From Eledone cirrhosa (taxonomy: Eukaryota), in the NCBI GenBank assembly GCA_964016885.1, contig OZ024744.1, forward strand, positions 24,428,001-24,492,000: a DNA stretch of 64,000 nucleotides, in the 5' to 3' direction. The notes under the pieces were generated by a model, which saw nothing but the letters and a program-made list of their open reading frames with translations, was not told the DNA's origin and searched no databases. This document shows, piece by piece, positions 16,501-29,500 of the stretch. How positions within the stretch are numbered: position 1 is the stretch's first letter; each line of letters opens with the position of its first letter. The position numbers and the translations under genes were made by a program.

Positions 16501-17525
16501 CTCGTTTTAACAACAGTTGTATCTGAAGATAAAACTCGTTTAACAACAGTTGAATCTTAAGAACTGGCTCGTTTTAACAACACTTGTACCTTATGATACA
16601 ACTCGTTTTAACAAACAGTTGAATCTTAAGAACTTACTCGTTTTAACAACAATTGGATCTTAAGATAAACCTCGTTTTAACAACGGTTGAATCTTAAAAT
16701 AAAACTCGTTTTAACAACAGTTGAATCTTAAGATAAAACATCATTTTAACAACAGTTGAATCTTAAAATAAAACTCGTTTTAACAACAGTTGAATCTTAA
16801 AAACTGCCTTGTGTTAACAACAGTTGAATCTTAAGAACTGATTCGTTTTAACAGCAGTTGAATCTTAAGAACTGACTCGTTTTAACAACAGTTGAATTTT
16901 AAGAACTGACTCGTTTTAACAACTGATGAATATTAAGATAAAACTGGTTTTAACAACAGTTGAATCTTAAGAACTGACTCGTTTTAACAACAGTTGAATC
17001 TGAAGAACTGACTCGTTTTAACAACAATTGTATCTGAAGATAAAACTCGTTTAACAACAGTTGAATCTTAAGAACTGGCTCGTTTTAGCAACACTTGTAT
17101 CTTATGATACAACTCGTTTTAACAACAGTTGAATATTAAGAACTGACTCGTTTTAACAGCAATTGAATCTTGAGATAAAACTCGTTTTAACAACAGTTAA
17201 ATCTTAAGAACTGATTCGTTTTAACAACAATTGAATCTGAAGTTAACATTCGTTTTAACAACAGTTGAATCTTAAGAACTGACTCGTTTTAACAACAGTT
17301 GAATCTTAAGACAAAACTCGTTTTAACAACAGTTGAATCTTAAGAACTGACTCGTTTTAGCAACAGTTCAACCTTAAGAACTGACTGGTTTTAAAACAGT
17401 TGAATCTTAAGATAACATTCGGTTTAATAACAGATGATTCTCAAGAACTGACTCGTTTTAACAACAGTTGAATCTTAAGATAAAACTCGTTTTAACAACA
17501 GTTGAATCATAAGAACTGACTCGTT
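10510..17525 (+). repeat. Tandem duplication B: 3,457-bp unit x2 (junction ~13,967)
   Basis: Marker offset 3457 for ATTATG (11101/14558), GCCATAG (11258/14715), GAATTTG (11844/15301) and GCGAATC (12721/16178). Offset is 3491 at CCGG (11589/15080) and 3559 at CGGTTTAATA (13861/17420). Confidence 0.9.
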
Positions 17526-20500
17526 TTAACAACAGTTGAATCTTAAGATAAACATCGTTTTAACAACAGTTGAATCTTAAGAACTGACTCGTTTTAACAA
17601 CAATTGAATCTTAAGATAAAGCTCGTTTTAACAAAAGTTGAATCTGAAGAACTGACTCGTTTTAACAACACTTGTATCTTATGATACAACTCGTTTTAAC
17701 AACAGTTGAATCTTAAGAACTGACTCGTTTTAACAACAATTCATCCTTAAGAACTGACTAGTTTTAACAACAGTTGAATCTTAAGAACTGACTCGTTTTA
17801 ACAACAGTTGAATCTGAAGAAGTGACTCGTTTTAACAACAGTTGTATCTGAAGATAAAACTCGTTTAACAACAGTTGAATCTTAAGAACTGACTCGTTTT
17901 AACAACACTTGTATCTTATGATACAACTCGTTTTAACAACAGTTGAATCTTAAGAACTTACTCGTTTTAACAACAATTGAATCTTAAGATAAAACTCGTT
18001 TTAACAACAGTTGAATCTTAAGAACTGACTCGTTTTAACAACAATTGAATCTTAAGATAACATTCGTTTTAGCAACAGTTGAATCTTAAGAACTGACTCG
18101 TTTTAACGACAGTTGAATCTTAAGATAAACCTCGTTTTAACAACGGTTGAATCTTAAGAACTGCCTTGTGTTAACAACAGTTTAATCTTAAGTACTGACT
18201 CGTTTTAACAGCAGTTGAATCTTAAGAACTGACTCGTTTTAACAACAGTTGAATTTTAAGAACTGACTCGTTTTAACAACTGATGAATATTAAGATAAAA
18301 CTGGTTTTAACAACAGTTGAATATTAAGAACTGACTCGTTTTAACAACAGTTGAATCTGAAGAACTGACTCGTTTTAACAACGATTGTATTTGAAGATAA
18401 AACTCGTTTAACAACAGTTGAATCTTAAGAACTGGCTCGTTTTAGCAACACTTGTATCTTATGATACAACTCGTTTTAACAACAGTTGAATATTAAGAAC
18501 TGACTCGTTTTAACAGCAATTGAATCTTGAGATAAAACTCGTTTTAACAACAGTTAAATCTTAAGAACTGATTCGTTTTAACAATAATTGAATCTGAAGT
18601 TAACATTCGTTTTAACAACAGTTGAATCTTAAGAACTGACTCGTTTTAACAACAGTTGAATCTTAAGACAAAACTCGTTTTAACAACAGTTGAATCTTAA
18701 GAACTGACTCGTTTTAACAACAGTTCAACCTTAAGAACTGACTGGTTTTAAACAGTTGAATCTTAAAATAACACTCGTTTTAACAACAGTTGAATCTTAA
18801 AATAAAACTCGTTTTAACAACAGATGATTCTCAAGAACTGACTCGTTTTAACAACAGTTGAATCTTAAGATAAATCTCGTTTTAACAACAGTTGAATCAT
18901 AAGAACTGACTCGTTTTAACAACAGTTGAATCTTAAGATAAACATCGTTTTAACAACAGTTGAATCTTAAAATAAAACTCGTTTTAACAACCGTTGAATC
19001 TTAAGATAAAACATCATTTTAACAACAGTTGAATCTTAAAATAAAACTCGTTTTAACAACAGTTGAATCTTAAAAACTGCCTTGTGTTAACAACAGTTGA
19101 ATCTTAAGAACTGATTCGTTTTAACAGCAGTTGAATCTTAAGAACTGACTCGTTTTAACAACAGTTGAATTTTAAGAACTGACTCGTTTTAACAACTGAT
19201 GAATATTAAGATAAAACTGGTTTTAACAACAGTTGAATCTTAAGAACTGACTCGTTTTAACAACAGTTGAATCTGAAGAACTGACTCGTTTTAACAACAA
19301 TTGTATCTGAAGATAAAACTCGTTTAACAACAGTTGAATCTTAAGAACTGGCTCGTTTTAGCAACACTTGTATCTTATGATACAACTCGTTTTAACAACA
19401 GTTGAATATTAAGAACTGACTCGTTTTAACAGCAATTGAATCTTGAGATAAAACTCGTTTTAACAACAGTTAAATCTTAAGAACTGATTCGTTTTAACAA
19501 CAATTGAATCTGAAGTTAACATTCGTTTTAACAACAGTTGAATCTTAAGAACTGACTCGTTTTAACAACAGTTGAATCTTAAGACAAAACTCGTTTTAAC
19601 AACAGTTGAATCTTAAGAACTGACTCGTTTTAACAACAGTTCAACCTTAAGAACTGACTGGTTTTAAAACAGTTGAATCTTAAGATAACATTCGGTTTAA
19701 TAACAGATGATTCTCAAGAACTGACTCGTTTTAACAACAGTTGAATCTTAAGATAAAACTCGTTTTAACAACAGTTGAATCATAAGAACTGACTCGTTTT
19801 AACAACAGTTGAATCTTAAGATAAACATCGTTTTAACAACAGTTGAATCTTAAGAACTGACTCGTTTTAACAACACTTGTATCTTATGATACAACTCGTT
19901 TTAACAACAGTTGAATCTTAAGAACTGACTCGTTTTAACAACAATTCATCCTTAAGAACTGACTAGTTTTAACAACAGTTGAATCTTAAGAACTGACTCG
20001 TTTTAACAACAGTTGAATCTGAAGAAGTGACTCGTTTTAACAACAGTTGTATCTGAAGATAAAACTCGTTTAACAACAGTTGAATCTTAAGAACTGACTC
20101 GTTTTAACAACACTTGTATCTTATGATACAACTCGTTTTAACAACAGTTGAATCTTAAGAACTTACTCGTTTTAACAACAATTGAATCTTAAGATAAAAC
20201 TCGTTTTAACAACAGTTGAATCTTAAGAACTGACTCGTTTTAACAACAATTGAATCTTAAGATAACATTCGTTTTAGCAACAGTTGAATCTTAAGAACTG
20301 ACTCGTTTTAACGACAGTTGAATCTTAAGATAAACCTCGTTTTAACAACGGTTGAATCTTAAGAACTGCCTTGTGTTAACAACAGTTGAATCTTAAGTAC
20401 TGACTCGTTTTAACAGCAGTTGAATCTTAAGAACTGACTCGTTTTAACAACAGTTCAATTTTAAGAACTGACTCGTTTTAACAACTGATGAATATTAAGA

Positions 20501-21170
20501 TAAAACTGGTTTTAACAACAGTTGAATATTAAGAACTGACTCGTTTTAACAACAGTTGAATCTGAAGAACTGACTCGTTTTAACAACGATTGTATTTGAA
20601 GATAAAACTCGTTTAACAACAGTTGAATCTTAAGTACTGGCTCGTTTTAGCAACACTTGTATCTTATGATACAACTCGTTTTAACAACAGTTGAATATTA
20701 AGAACTGACTCGTTTTAACAGCAATTGAATCTTGAGATAAAACTCGTTTTAACAACAGTTAAATCTTAAGAACTGATTCGTTTTAACAATAATTGAATCT
20801 GAAGTTAACATTCGTTTTAACAACAGTTGAATCTTAAGAACTGACTCGTTTTAACAACAGTTGAATCTTAAGACAAAACTCGTTTTAACAACAGTTGAAT
20901 CTTAAGAACTGACTCGTTTTAACAACAGTTCAACCTTAAGAACTGACTGGTTTTAAACAGTTGAATCTTAAAATAACACTCGTTTTAACAACAGTTGAAT
21001 CTTAAAATAAAACTCGTTTTAACAACAGATGATTCTCAAGAACTGACTCGTTTTAACAACAGTTGAATCTTAAGATAAATCTCGTTTTAACAACAGTTGA
21101 ATCATAAGAACTGACTCGTTTTAACAACAGTTGAATCTTAAGATAAACATCGTTTTAACAACAGTTGAAT
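16700..21170 (+). repeat. Tandem duplication C: ~2.2-2.3 kb unit x2 (junction ~18,965)
   Basis: Offset 2273 for CTGCC in TAAAAACTGCC (16804/19077) and for CGGTTTAATA (17420/19693). Offset 2205 for CGATTGTATTTG (18382/20587), i.e. one 68-bp dimer shorter. Confidence 0.88.
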
Positions 21171-23510
21171 CTTAAGAACTGACTCGTTTTAACAACAATT
21201 GTATCTGAAGATAAAACTCGTTTAACAACAGTTGAATCTTAAGAACTGGCTCGTTTTAGCAACACTTGTATCTTATGATACAACTCGTTTTAACAACAGT
21301 TGAATCTTAAGAACTGACTCGTTTTAACAACAGTTGAATCTTAAGACAAAACTCGTTTTAACAACAGTTGAATCTTAAGAACTGACTCGTTTTAACAACA
21401 GTTCAACCTTAAGAACTGACTGGTTTTAAAACAGTTGAATCTTAAGATAACACTCGTTTTAACAACAGTTGAATGTTAAAATAAAACTCGTTTTAACAAC
21501 AGATGATTCTCAAGAACTGACTCGTTTTAACAACAGTTGAATCATAAGAACTGACTCGTTTTAACAACAGTTGAATCTTAAGATAAACATCGTTTTAACA
21601 ACAGTTGAATCTTAAGAACTGACTCGTTTTAACAACAATTGTATCTGAAGATAAAACTCGTTTAACAACAGTTGAATCTTAAGAACTGGCTCGTTTTAAC
21701 AACAGTTGAATCTTCAAATAAAACTCGTTTAACAACAGTTGAATCTTAAGAACTGACTCGTTTTAACAACAGTTGAATCTTAAGATAAACATCGTGTTAA
21801 CAACAGTTGAATCTTAAGACAAAACTCGTTTTAACAACAGTTGAATCTGAAGAAGTGACTCGTTTTAACAACAGTTGTATCTGAAGATAAAACTCGTTTA
21901 ACAACAGTTGAATCTTAAGAACTGGCTCGTTTTAACAACACTTGTATCTTATGATACAACTCGTTTTAACAAACAGTTGAATCTTAAGAACTTACTCGTT
22001 TTAACAACAATTGGATCTTAAGATAAACCTCGTTTTAACAACGGTTGAATCTTAAAATAAAACTCGTTTTAACAACAGTTGATTCTTAAGATAAAACATC
22101 ATTTTAACAACAGTTGAATATTAAAATAAAACTCGTTTTAACAACAGTTGAATCTTAAGAACTGCCTTGTGTTAACAACAGTTGAATCTTAAGAACTGAT
22201 TCGTTTTAACAGCAGTTGAATCTTAAGAACTGACTCGTTTTAACAACAGTTGAATTTTAAGAACTGACTCGTTTTAACAACTGATGAATATTAAGATAAA
22301 ACTGGTTTTAACAACAGTTGAATCTTAAGAACTGACTCGTTTTAACAACAGTTGAATCTGAAGAACTGACTCGTTTTAACAACAATTGTATCTGAAGATA
22401 AAACTCGTTTAACAACAGTTGAATCTTAAGAACTGGCTCGTTTTAGCAACACTTGTATCTTATGATACAACTCGTTTTAACAACAGTTGAATATTAAGAA
22501 CTGACTCGTTTTAACAGCAATTGAATCTTGAGATAAAACTCGTTTTAACAACAGTTAAATCTTAAGAACTGATTCGTTTTAACAATAATTGAATCTGAAG
22601 TTAACATTCGTTTTAACAACAGTTTAATCTTAAGAACTGACTCGTTTTAACAACAGTTGAATCTTAAGACAAAACTCGTTTTAACAACAGTTGAATCTTA
22701 AGAACTGACTCGTTTTAACAACAGTTCAACCTTAAGAACTGACTGGTTTTAAACAGTTGAATCTTAAAATAACACTCGTTTTAACAACAGTTGAATCTTA
22801 AAATAAAACTCGTTTTAACAACAGATGATTCTCAAGAACTGACTCGTTTTAACAACAGTTGAATCTTAAGATAAAACTCGTTTTAACAACAGTTGAATCA
22901 TAAGAACTGACTCGTTTTAACAACAGTTGAATCTTAAGATAAACATCGTTTTAACAACAGTTGAATCTTAAGACAAAACGCGTTTTAACAACAGTTGAAT
23001 CTTAAAAACTGATTCGTTTTAACAACAGTTCAAACTTAAGAACTGACTGGTTTTAAAACAGTTGAATCTTAAGATAACACTCGTTTTAACAACAGTTGAA
23101 TCTTAAAATAAAAATCGTTTTAACAACAGATGATTCTCAAGAACTGACTCGTTTTAACAAAAGTTGAATCTTAAGATAAAACTCGTTTTAACAACAGTTG
23201 AATTATAAGAACTGACTCGCTTTAACAACAGTTGAATCTTAAGATAAACATCGTTTTAACAACAGTTGAATCTTAAGAACTGACTCGTTTTAACAACAAT
23301 TGTATCTGAAGATAAAACTCGTTTAACAACAGTTGAATCTTAAGAACTGGCTCGTTTTAGCAACACTTGTATCTTATGATACAACTCGTTTTAACAACAG
23401 TTTAATCTTAAGAACTGACTCGTTTTAGCAACAGTTGAATCTTAAGATAAAACTCGTTTTAACAACAGTTGAATCTTAAGAACTGACTCATTTTATCAAC
23501 AGTTCAACCT

Positions 23511-26500
23511 TAAGGACTGACTCATTTTATCAACAGTTGAATCTTCAAATAAAACTCGTTTTAACAACAGTTGAATCTTAAGACCTGATTCGTTTTAACA
23601 ACAGTTGAATCTTAAGATAAAACTCGTTTTAACAACAGTTTAATCTTAAGAACTGACTCGTTTTAACAACAGATGAATCTTAAGATAAAATTCGTTTTAA
23701 CAACAATTGAATCTTAAAACTAACTCGTTTTAACAACAGTTGAATCTTAAGACAAAACCCGTTTTAACAACAGTTGAATCTTAAGAAGTGACTCGTTTTA
23801 ACAACAGTTGAATCATAAGATAAACCTCGTTTTAACAACAGTTTAATCTTAACAACTGACTCGTTTTAATAACAGTTGAATCTTAAGATAAAACTCGTTT
23901 TAACAACAGTTGAATCTTAAGAATTGACTCGTTTTAACAACAGTTGAATCTTAAGACAAAACCCGTTTTAACAACAGTTGAATCTTAAGAACTGACTCGT
24001 TTTAACAACAGTTGAATCTTAAGATAAACCTCGTTTTAACAACAGTTTAATCTTAAGAACTGACTCGTTTTAACAACAGTTGAATCTTAAGATAAATTTC
24101 GTTTTAACAACAGTTGAATCTTAAAACCGATTCGTTTTAACAACAGTTCAAACTTAAGAACTGATTCGTTTTAACAACAGTTGAATCTTATGATAAAACT
24201 GGTTTTAACAACAGTTGAGTCTTAGAGAACTGACACGTTTTAAAAACAGTTGAATCGTAAAATAAAACTAGTTTTAACAACAGTTGAATCTTAAGAACTG
24301 ACTCGTTTTAACAACAGTTGAATCCTAAGAACTGACTCGTTTTAACAACAAATGAATCTTAAGAACTGACTCGTTTTAACAACAGTTGAATCTTCAGATA
24401 AAACTCGTTTTAACAACAGTTGAATCTTAAGAACTGACTCGTTTTAACAACAGTTGAATCTTAAGATAAAACTCGTTTTAACAACAGTTGAATCTTAAGA
24501 ACTGACTCGTATTAACAACAGTTGAATCTTAAGATAAAACTCGTTTTAACAACAGTTGAATCTTAAGAACTGACTCGTTTTAACAACAGTTGAATCTTAA
24601 GATAAACCTCGTTTTAACAACAGTTTAATCTTAAGAACTGACTCGTTTTAACAACAGTTGAATCTTAAGATAACATTCGTTTTAACAACAGTTGAATCTT
24701 AAGAACTTATTCGTTTTAACAACAGTTCAAACTTAAGAACTGACTCGTATTATCAACAGATGAATCTTAAGATAAACCTCGTTTTAACAACATTTGCATC
24801 TTATGAACTGGCTCGTTTAAACAACAGTTGAATCTTAAGATAAAACTCGTATTAACAACAGTTGAATCTTATTATAAAACTCGTTTTAACAACAGTTGAA
24901 TCTTAAGAACTGACTCGTATTATCAACAGATGAATCTTAAGATAAACCTCGTTTTAACAACATTTGCATCTTATGAACTGGCTCGTTTAAACAACAGTTG
25001 AATCTTAAGATAAAACCCGTTTTAACAACAGTTGAATCTTAAGAACTGACTCGTTTTAACAACAGTTGAATCTTAAGATAAAACTCGTTTTAACAACAGT
25101 TGAATCTTAAGAACTGACTCGTTTTAACAGCAGCTGAATCTTATGATACAACTCGTTTTAACAACGGTTGAATCTTAAGAACTTACTCGTTTTAACAACA
25201 ATTGAATCTTAAGATAAAACTCGTTTTAACAACAGTTGAATCTTAAGAACTCACTCGTTTTAACAACAGTTGAATCTTATGATAAACCTCGTTTTAACAA
25301 CGGTTGAATCTTAAGATAAAACACCATTTTAACAACAGTTGAATCTTAAAATAAAACTCGTTTTAACAACAGTTGAATCTTAAGAACTGCCTCGTGTTAA
25401 CAACAGTTGAATCTTAAGAACTGATTCGTTTTAACAACAGTTGAATCTTAAGAACTGACTCGTTTTAACAACAGTTGAATCTTAAGAACTGACTCGTTTT
25501 AAAAACAGATGAATCTTAAGATAAAACTGGTTTTAGCAACAGTTGAATCTTAAGAACTGACTCGTTTTAACAACAGTTGAATCTGAAGAACTGACTCGTT
25601 TTAACAACAATTGTATCTGAAGATAAAACTCGTTTAACAACAGTTGAATCTTAAGAACTGTCTCGTTATAACAACACTTGTATCTTATGATACAACTCGT
25701 TTTAACAACAGTTGAATCTTAAGAACTGACTCGTTTTAACAGCAATTGAATCTTAAGACAAAACTCGTTTTAACAACTGTTGAATCTTAAGAACTGACTC
25801 GTTTTAACAACAGTTCAACCTTAAGAACTGACTGGTTTTAAAACAGTTGAATCTTAAGATAAATCTCGTTTTAACAACAGTTGAATCTTAAGAACTGACT
25901 CGTATTAACAACATTTGAATCTTAAGATAAAACTCGTTTTAACAACAGTTGAATCTTAAGAACTGACTCGTTTTAACAACAGTTGAATCGTAAGATAAAT
26001 CTCGTTTTAACAACAGTTTAATCTTAAGAACTGACTCGTTTTAACAACAGTTAAATCTTAAGATAAAATTCGTTTTAACAACAGTTGAATCTTAAGAACT
26101 TATTCGTTTTAACAACAGTTCAAACTTAAGAACAGACTCGTATTAACAACAGTTCAATCTTATTATAAAACTCATTTTAACAACAGTTGAATCTTAAGAA
26201 CTGATTCGTGTTAACAACAGATGAATCTTAAGATAAGACTCGTTATAACAACAGTTGATTCTTAAGAAATTACTCGTTTTTACAATAGTGGAATCTTAAG
26301 AACTGACTCGTTTTAACAACAGTTGAATCTGAAGATGAAACTCGTTTTAACAACAGTTGATTCTTAAGACTGACTCGTTTTAACAACAGTTGAATCTGAA
26401 GATAAAACTCGTTTTAACAACAGTTGCATTTTAAGATAAAACTGGTTTTTACAACAGTTGAATCTTAAGAACTGACTCGTTTTAACAACAGTTGAATTTT

Positions 26501-29500
26501 AAGATAAAACTTGTTTTAACAACATTTGAGTATTAAGATAAGACTCGTTATAACAACAGTTGATTCTTAAGAACTGACTCGTTTTAACAACAGTTGAATC
26601 TTAAGAGAAAATTCGTTTTAACAACAGCTAAATCTTAAGAACTGACTCGTGTTAACAACAGTTGAATCTTATGATAACACTCGTGTTAACAACAGTTGCA
26701 TTTTAAGCTAAAACTGGTTTTAACAACAGTTGAATCTTAAGAACTGACTCGTCTTAACAACAGTTGAATCTTAAGATAAAACTCGTTTTAACAACAGTTG
26801 AATCTTTAGAACCGACTCGTGTTAACAACAGTTGAATCTTAAGAGAAAATTCGTTTTAACAACAGCTGAATCTTAAGAACTGACTCTCTTTAACAACAGT
26901 TGTATCTTATGATAAAACTCGTTTAACAGTTGCATTTTAAGAGAAAACTGGTTTTAACAACAGTTGAATCTTAAGAACTGACTCGTTTTAATAACACTTT
27001 AATCTTATGATAAAACTTGTTTTAACAAGAGTTGAATCTTAAGGACTGACTCATTTTATCAACAGTTGAATCTTCAAATAAAACTCGTTTTAACAACAGT
27101 TGAATCTTAAGACCTGATTCGTTTTAACAACAGTTGAATCTTAAGATAAAACTCGTTTTAACAACAGTTTAATCTTAAGAACTGACTCGTTTTAACAACA
27201 GATGAATCTTAAGATAAAATTCGTTTTAACAACAATTGAATCTTAAAACTAACTCGTTTTAACAACAGTTGAATCTTAAGACAAAACCCGTTTTAACAAC
27301 AGTTGAATCTTAAGAAGTGTCTCGTTTTAACAACAGTTGAATCATAAGATAAACCTCGTTTTAACAACAGTTTAATCTTAACAACTGACTCGTTTTAATA
27401 ACAGTTGAATCTTAAGATAAAACTCGTTTTAACAACAGTTGAATCTTAAGAATTGACTCGTTTTAACAACAGTTGAATCTTAAGACAAAACCCGTTTTAA
27501 CAACAGTTGAATCTTAAGAACTGACTCGTTTTAACAACAGTTGAATCTTAAGATAAACCTCGTTTTAACAACAGTTTAATCTTAAGATAAATTTCGTTTT
27601 AACAACAGTTGAATCTTAAAACCGATTCGTTTTAACAACAGTTCAAACTTAAGAACTGATTCGTTTTAACAACAGTTGAATCTTATGATAAAACTGGTTT
27701 TAACAACAGTTGAGTCTTAGAGAACTGACACGTTTTAAAAACAGTTGAATCGTAAAATAAAACTAGTTTTAACAACAGTTGAATCTTAAGAACTGACTCG
27801 TTTTAACAACAGTTGAATCCTAAGAACTGACTCGTTTTAACAACAAATGAATCTTAAGAACTGACTCGTTTTAACAACAGTTGAATCTTCAGATAAAACT
27901 CGTTTTAACAACAGTTGAATCTTAAGAACTGACTCGTTTTAACAACAGTTGAATATTAAGATAAAACTCGTTTTAACAACAGTTGAATCTTAAGAACTGA
28001 CTCGTATTAACAACAGTTGAATCTTAAGATAAAACTCGTTTTAACAACAGTTGAATCTTAAGAACTGACTCGTTTTAACAACAGTTGAATCTTAAGATAA
28101 ACCTCGTTTTAACAACAGTTTAATCTTAAGAACTGACTCGTTTTAACAACAGTTGAATCTTAAGATAACATTCGTTTTAACAACAGTTGAATCTTAAGAA
28201 CTTATTCGTTTTAACAACAGTTCAAACTTAAGAACTGACTCGTATTATCAACAGATGAATCTTAAGATAAACCTCGTTTTAACAACATTTGCATCTTATG
28301 AACTGGCTCGTTTAAACAACAGTTGAATCTTAAGATAAAACTCGTATTAACAACAGTTGAATCTTATTATAAAACTCGTTTTAACAACAGTTGAATCTTA
28401 AGAACTGACTCGTATTATCAACAGATGAATCTTAAGATAAACCTCGTTTTAACAACATTTGCATCTTATGAACTGGCTCGTTTAAACAACAGTTGAATCT
28501 TAAGATAAAACTCGTTTTAACAACAGTTGAATCTTAAGAACTGACTCGTTTTAACAACAGTTGAATCTTAAGATAAAACTCGTTTTAACAACAGTTGAAT
28601 CTTAAGAACTGACTCGTTTTAACAGCAGCTGAATCTTATGATACAACTCGTTTTAACAACGGTTGAATCTTAAGAACTTACTCGTTTTAACAACAATTGA
28701 ATCTTAAGATAAAACTCGTTTTAACAACAGTTGAATCTTAAGAACTCACTCGTTTTAACAACAGTTGAATCTTATGATAAACCTCGTTTTAACAACGGTT
28801 GAATCTTAAGATAAAACACCATTTTAACAACAGTTGAATCTTAAAATAAAACTCGTTTTAACAACAGTTGAATCTTAAGAACTGCCTCGTGTTAACAACA
28901 GTTGAATCTTAAGAACTGATTCGTTTTAACAACAGTTGAATCTTAAGAACTGACTCGTTTTAACAACAGTTGAATCTTAAGAACTGACTCGTTTTAAAAA
29001 CAGATGAATCTTAAGATAAAACTGGTTTTAGCAACAGTTGAATCTTAAGAACTGACTCGTTTTAACAACAGTTGAATCTGAAGAACTGACTCGTTTTAAC
29101 AACAATTGTATCTGAAGATAAAACTCGTTTAACAACAGTTGAATCTTAAGAACTGTCTCGTTATAACAACACTTGTATCTTATGATACAACTCGTTTTAA
29201 CAACAGTTGAATCTTAAGAACTGACTCGTTTTAACAGCAATTGAATCTTAAGACAAAACTCGTTTTAACAACTGTTGAATCTTAAGAACTGACTCGTTTT
29301 AACAACAGTTCAACCTTAAGAACTGACTGGTTTTAAAACAGTTGAATCTTAAGATAAATCTCGTTTTAACAACAGTTGAATCTTAAGAACTGACTCGTAT
29401 TAACAACATTTGAATCTTAAGATAAAACTCGTTTTAACAACAGTTGAATCTTAAGAACTGACTCGTTTTAACAACAGTTGAATCGTAAGATAAATCTCGT

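Larger units (their letters stand above)
1..23400 (+). repeat. Left satellite subfamily domain
   Basis: Diagnostic variants CTGCCTTGTGTT, ACTGATGAATATT, AGATGATTCTCAAG, GAAGTTAACATTC and CAGCAATTGAATCTTGAG recur here and were not seen beyond ~23.2 kb. Confidence 0.85.
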
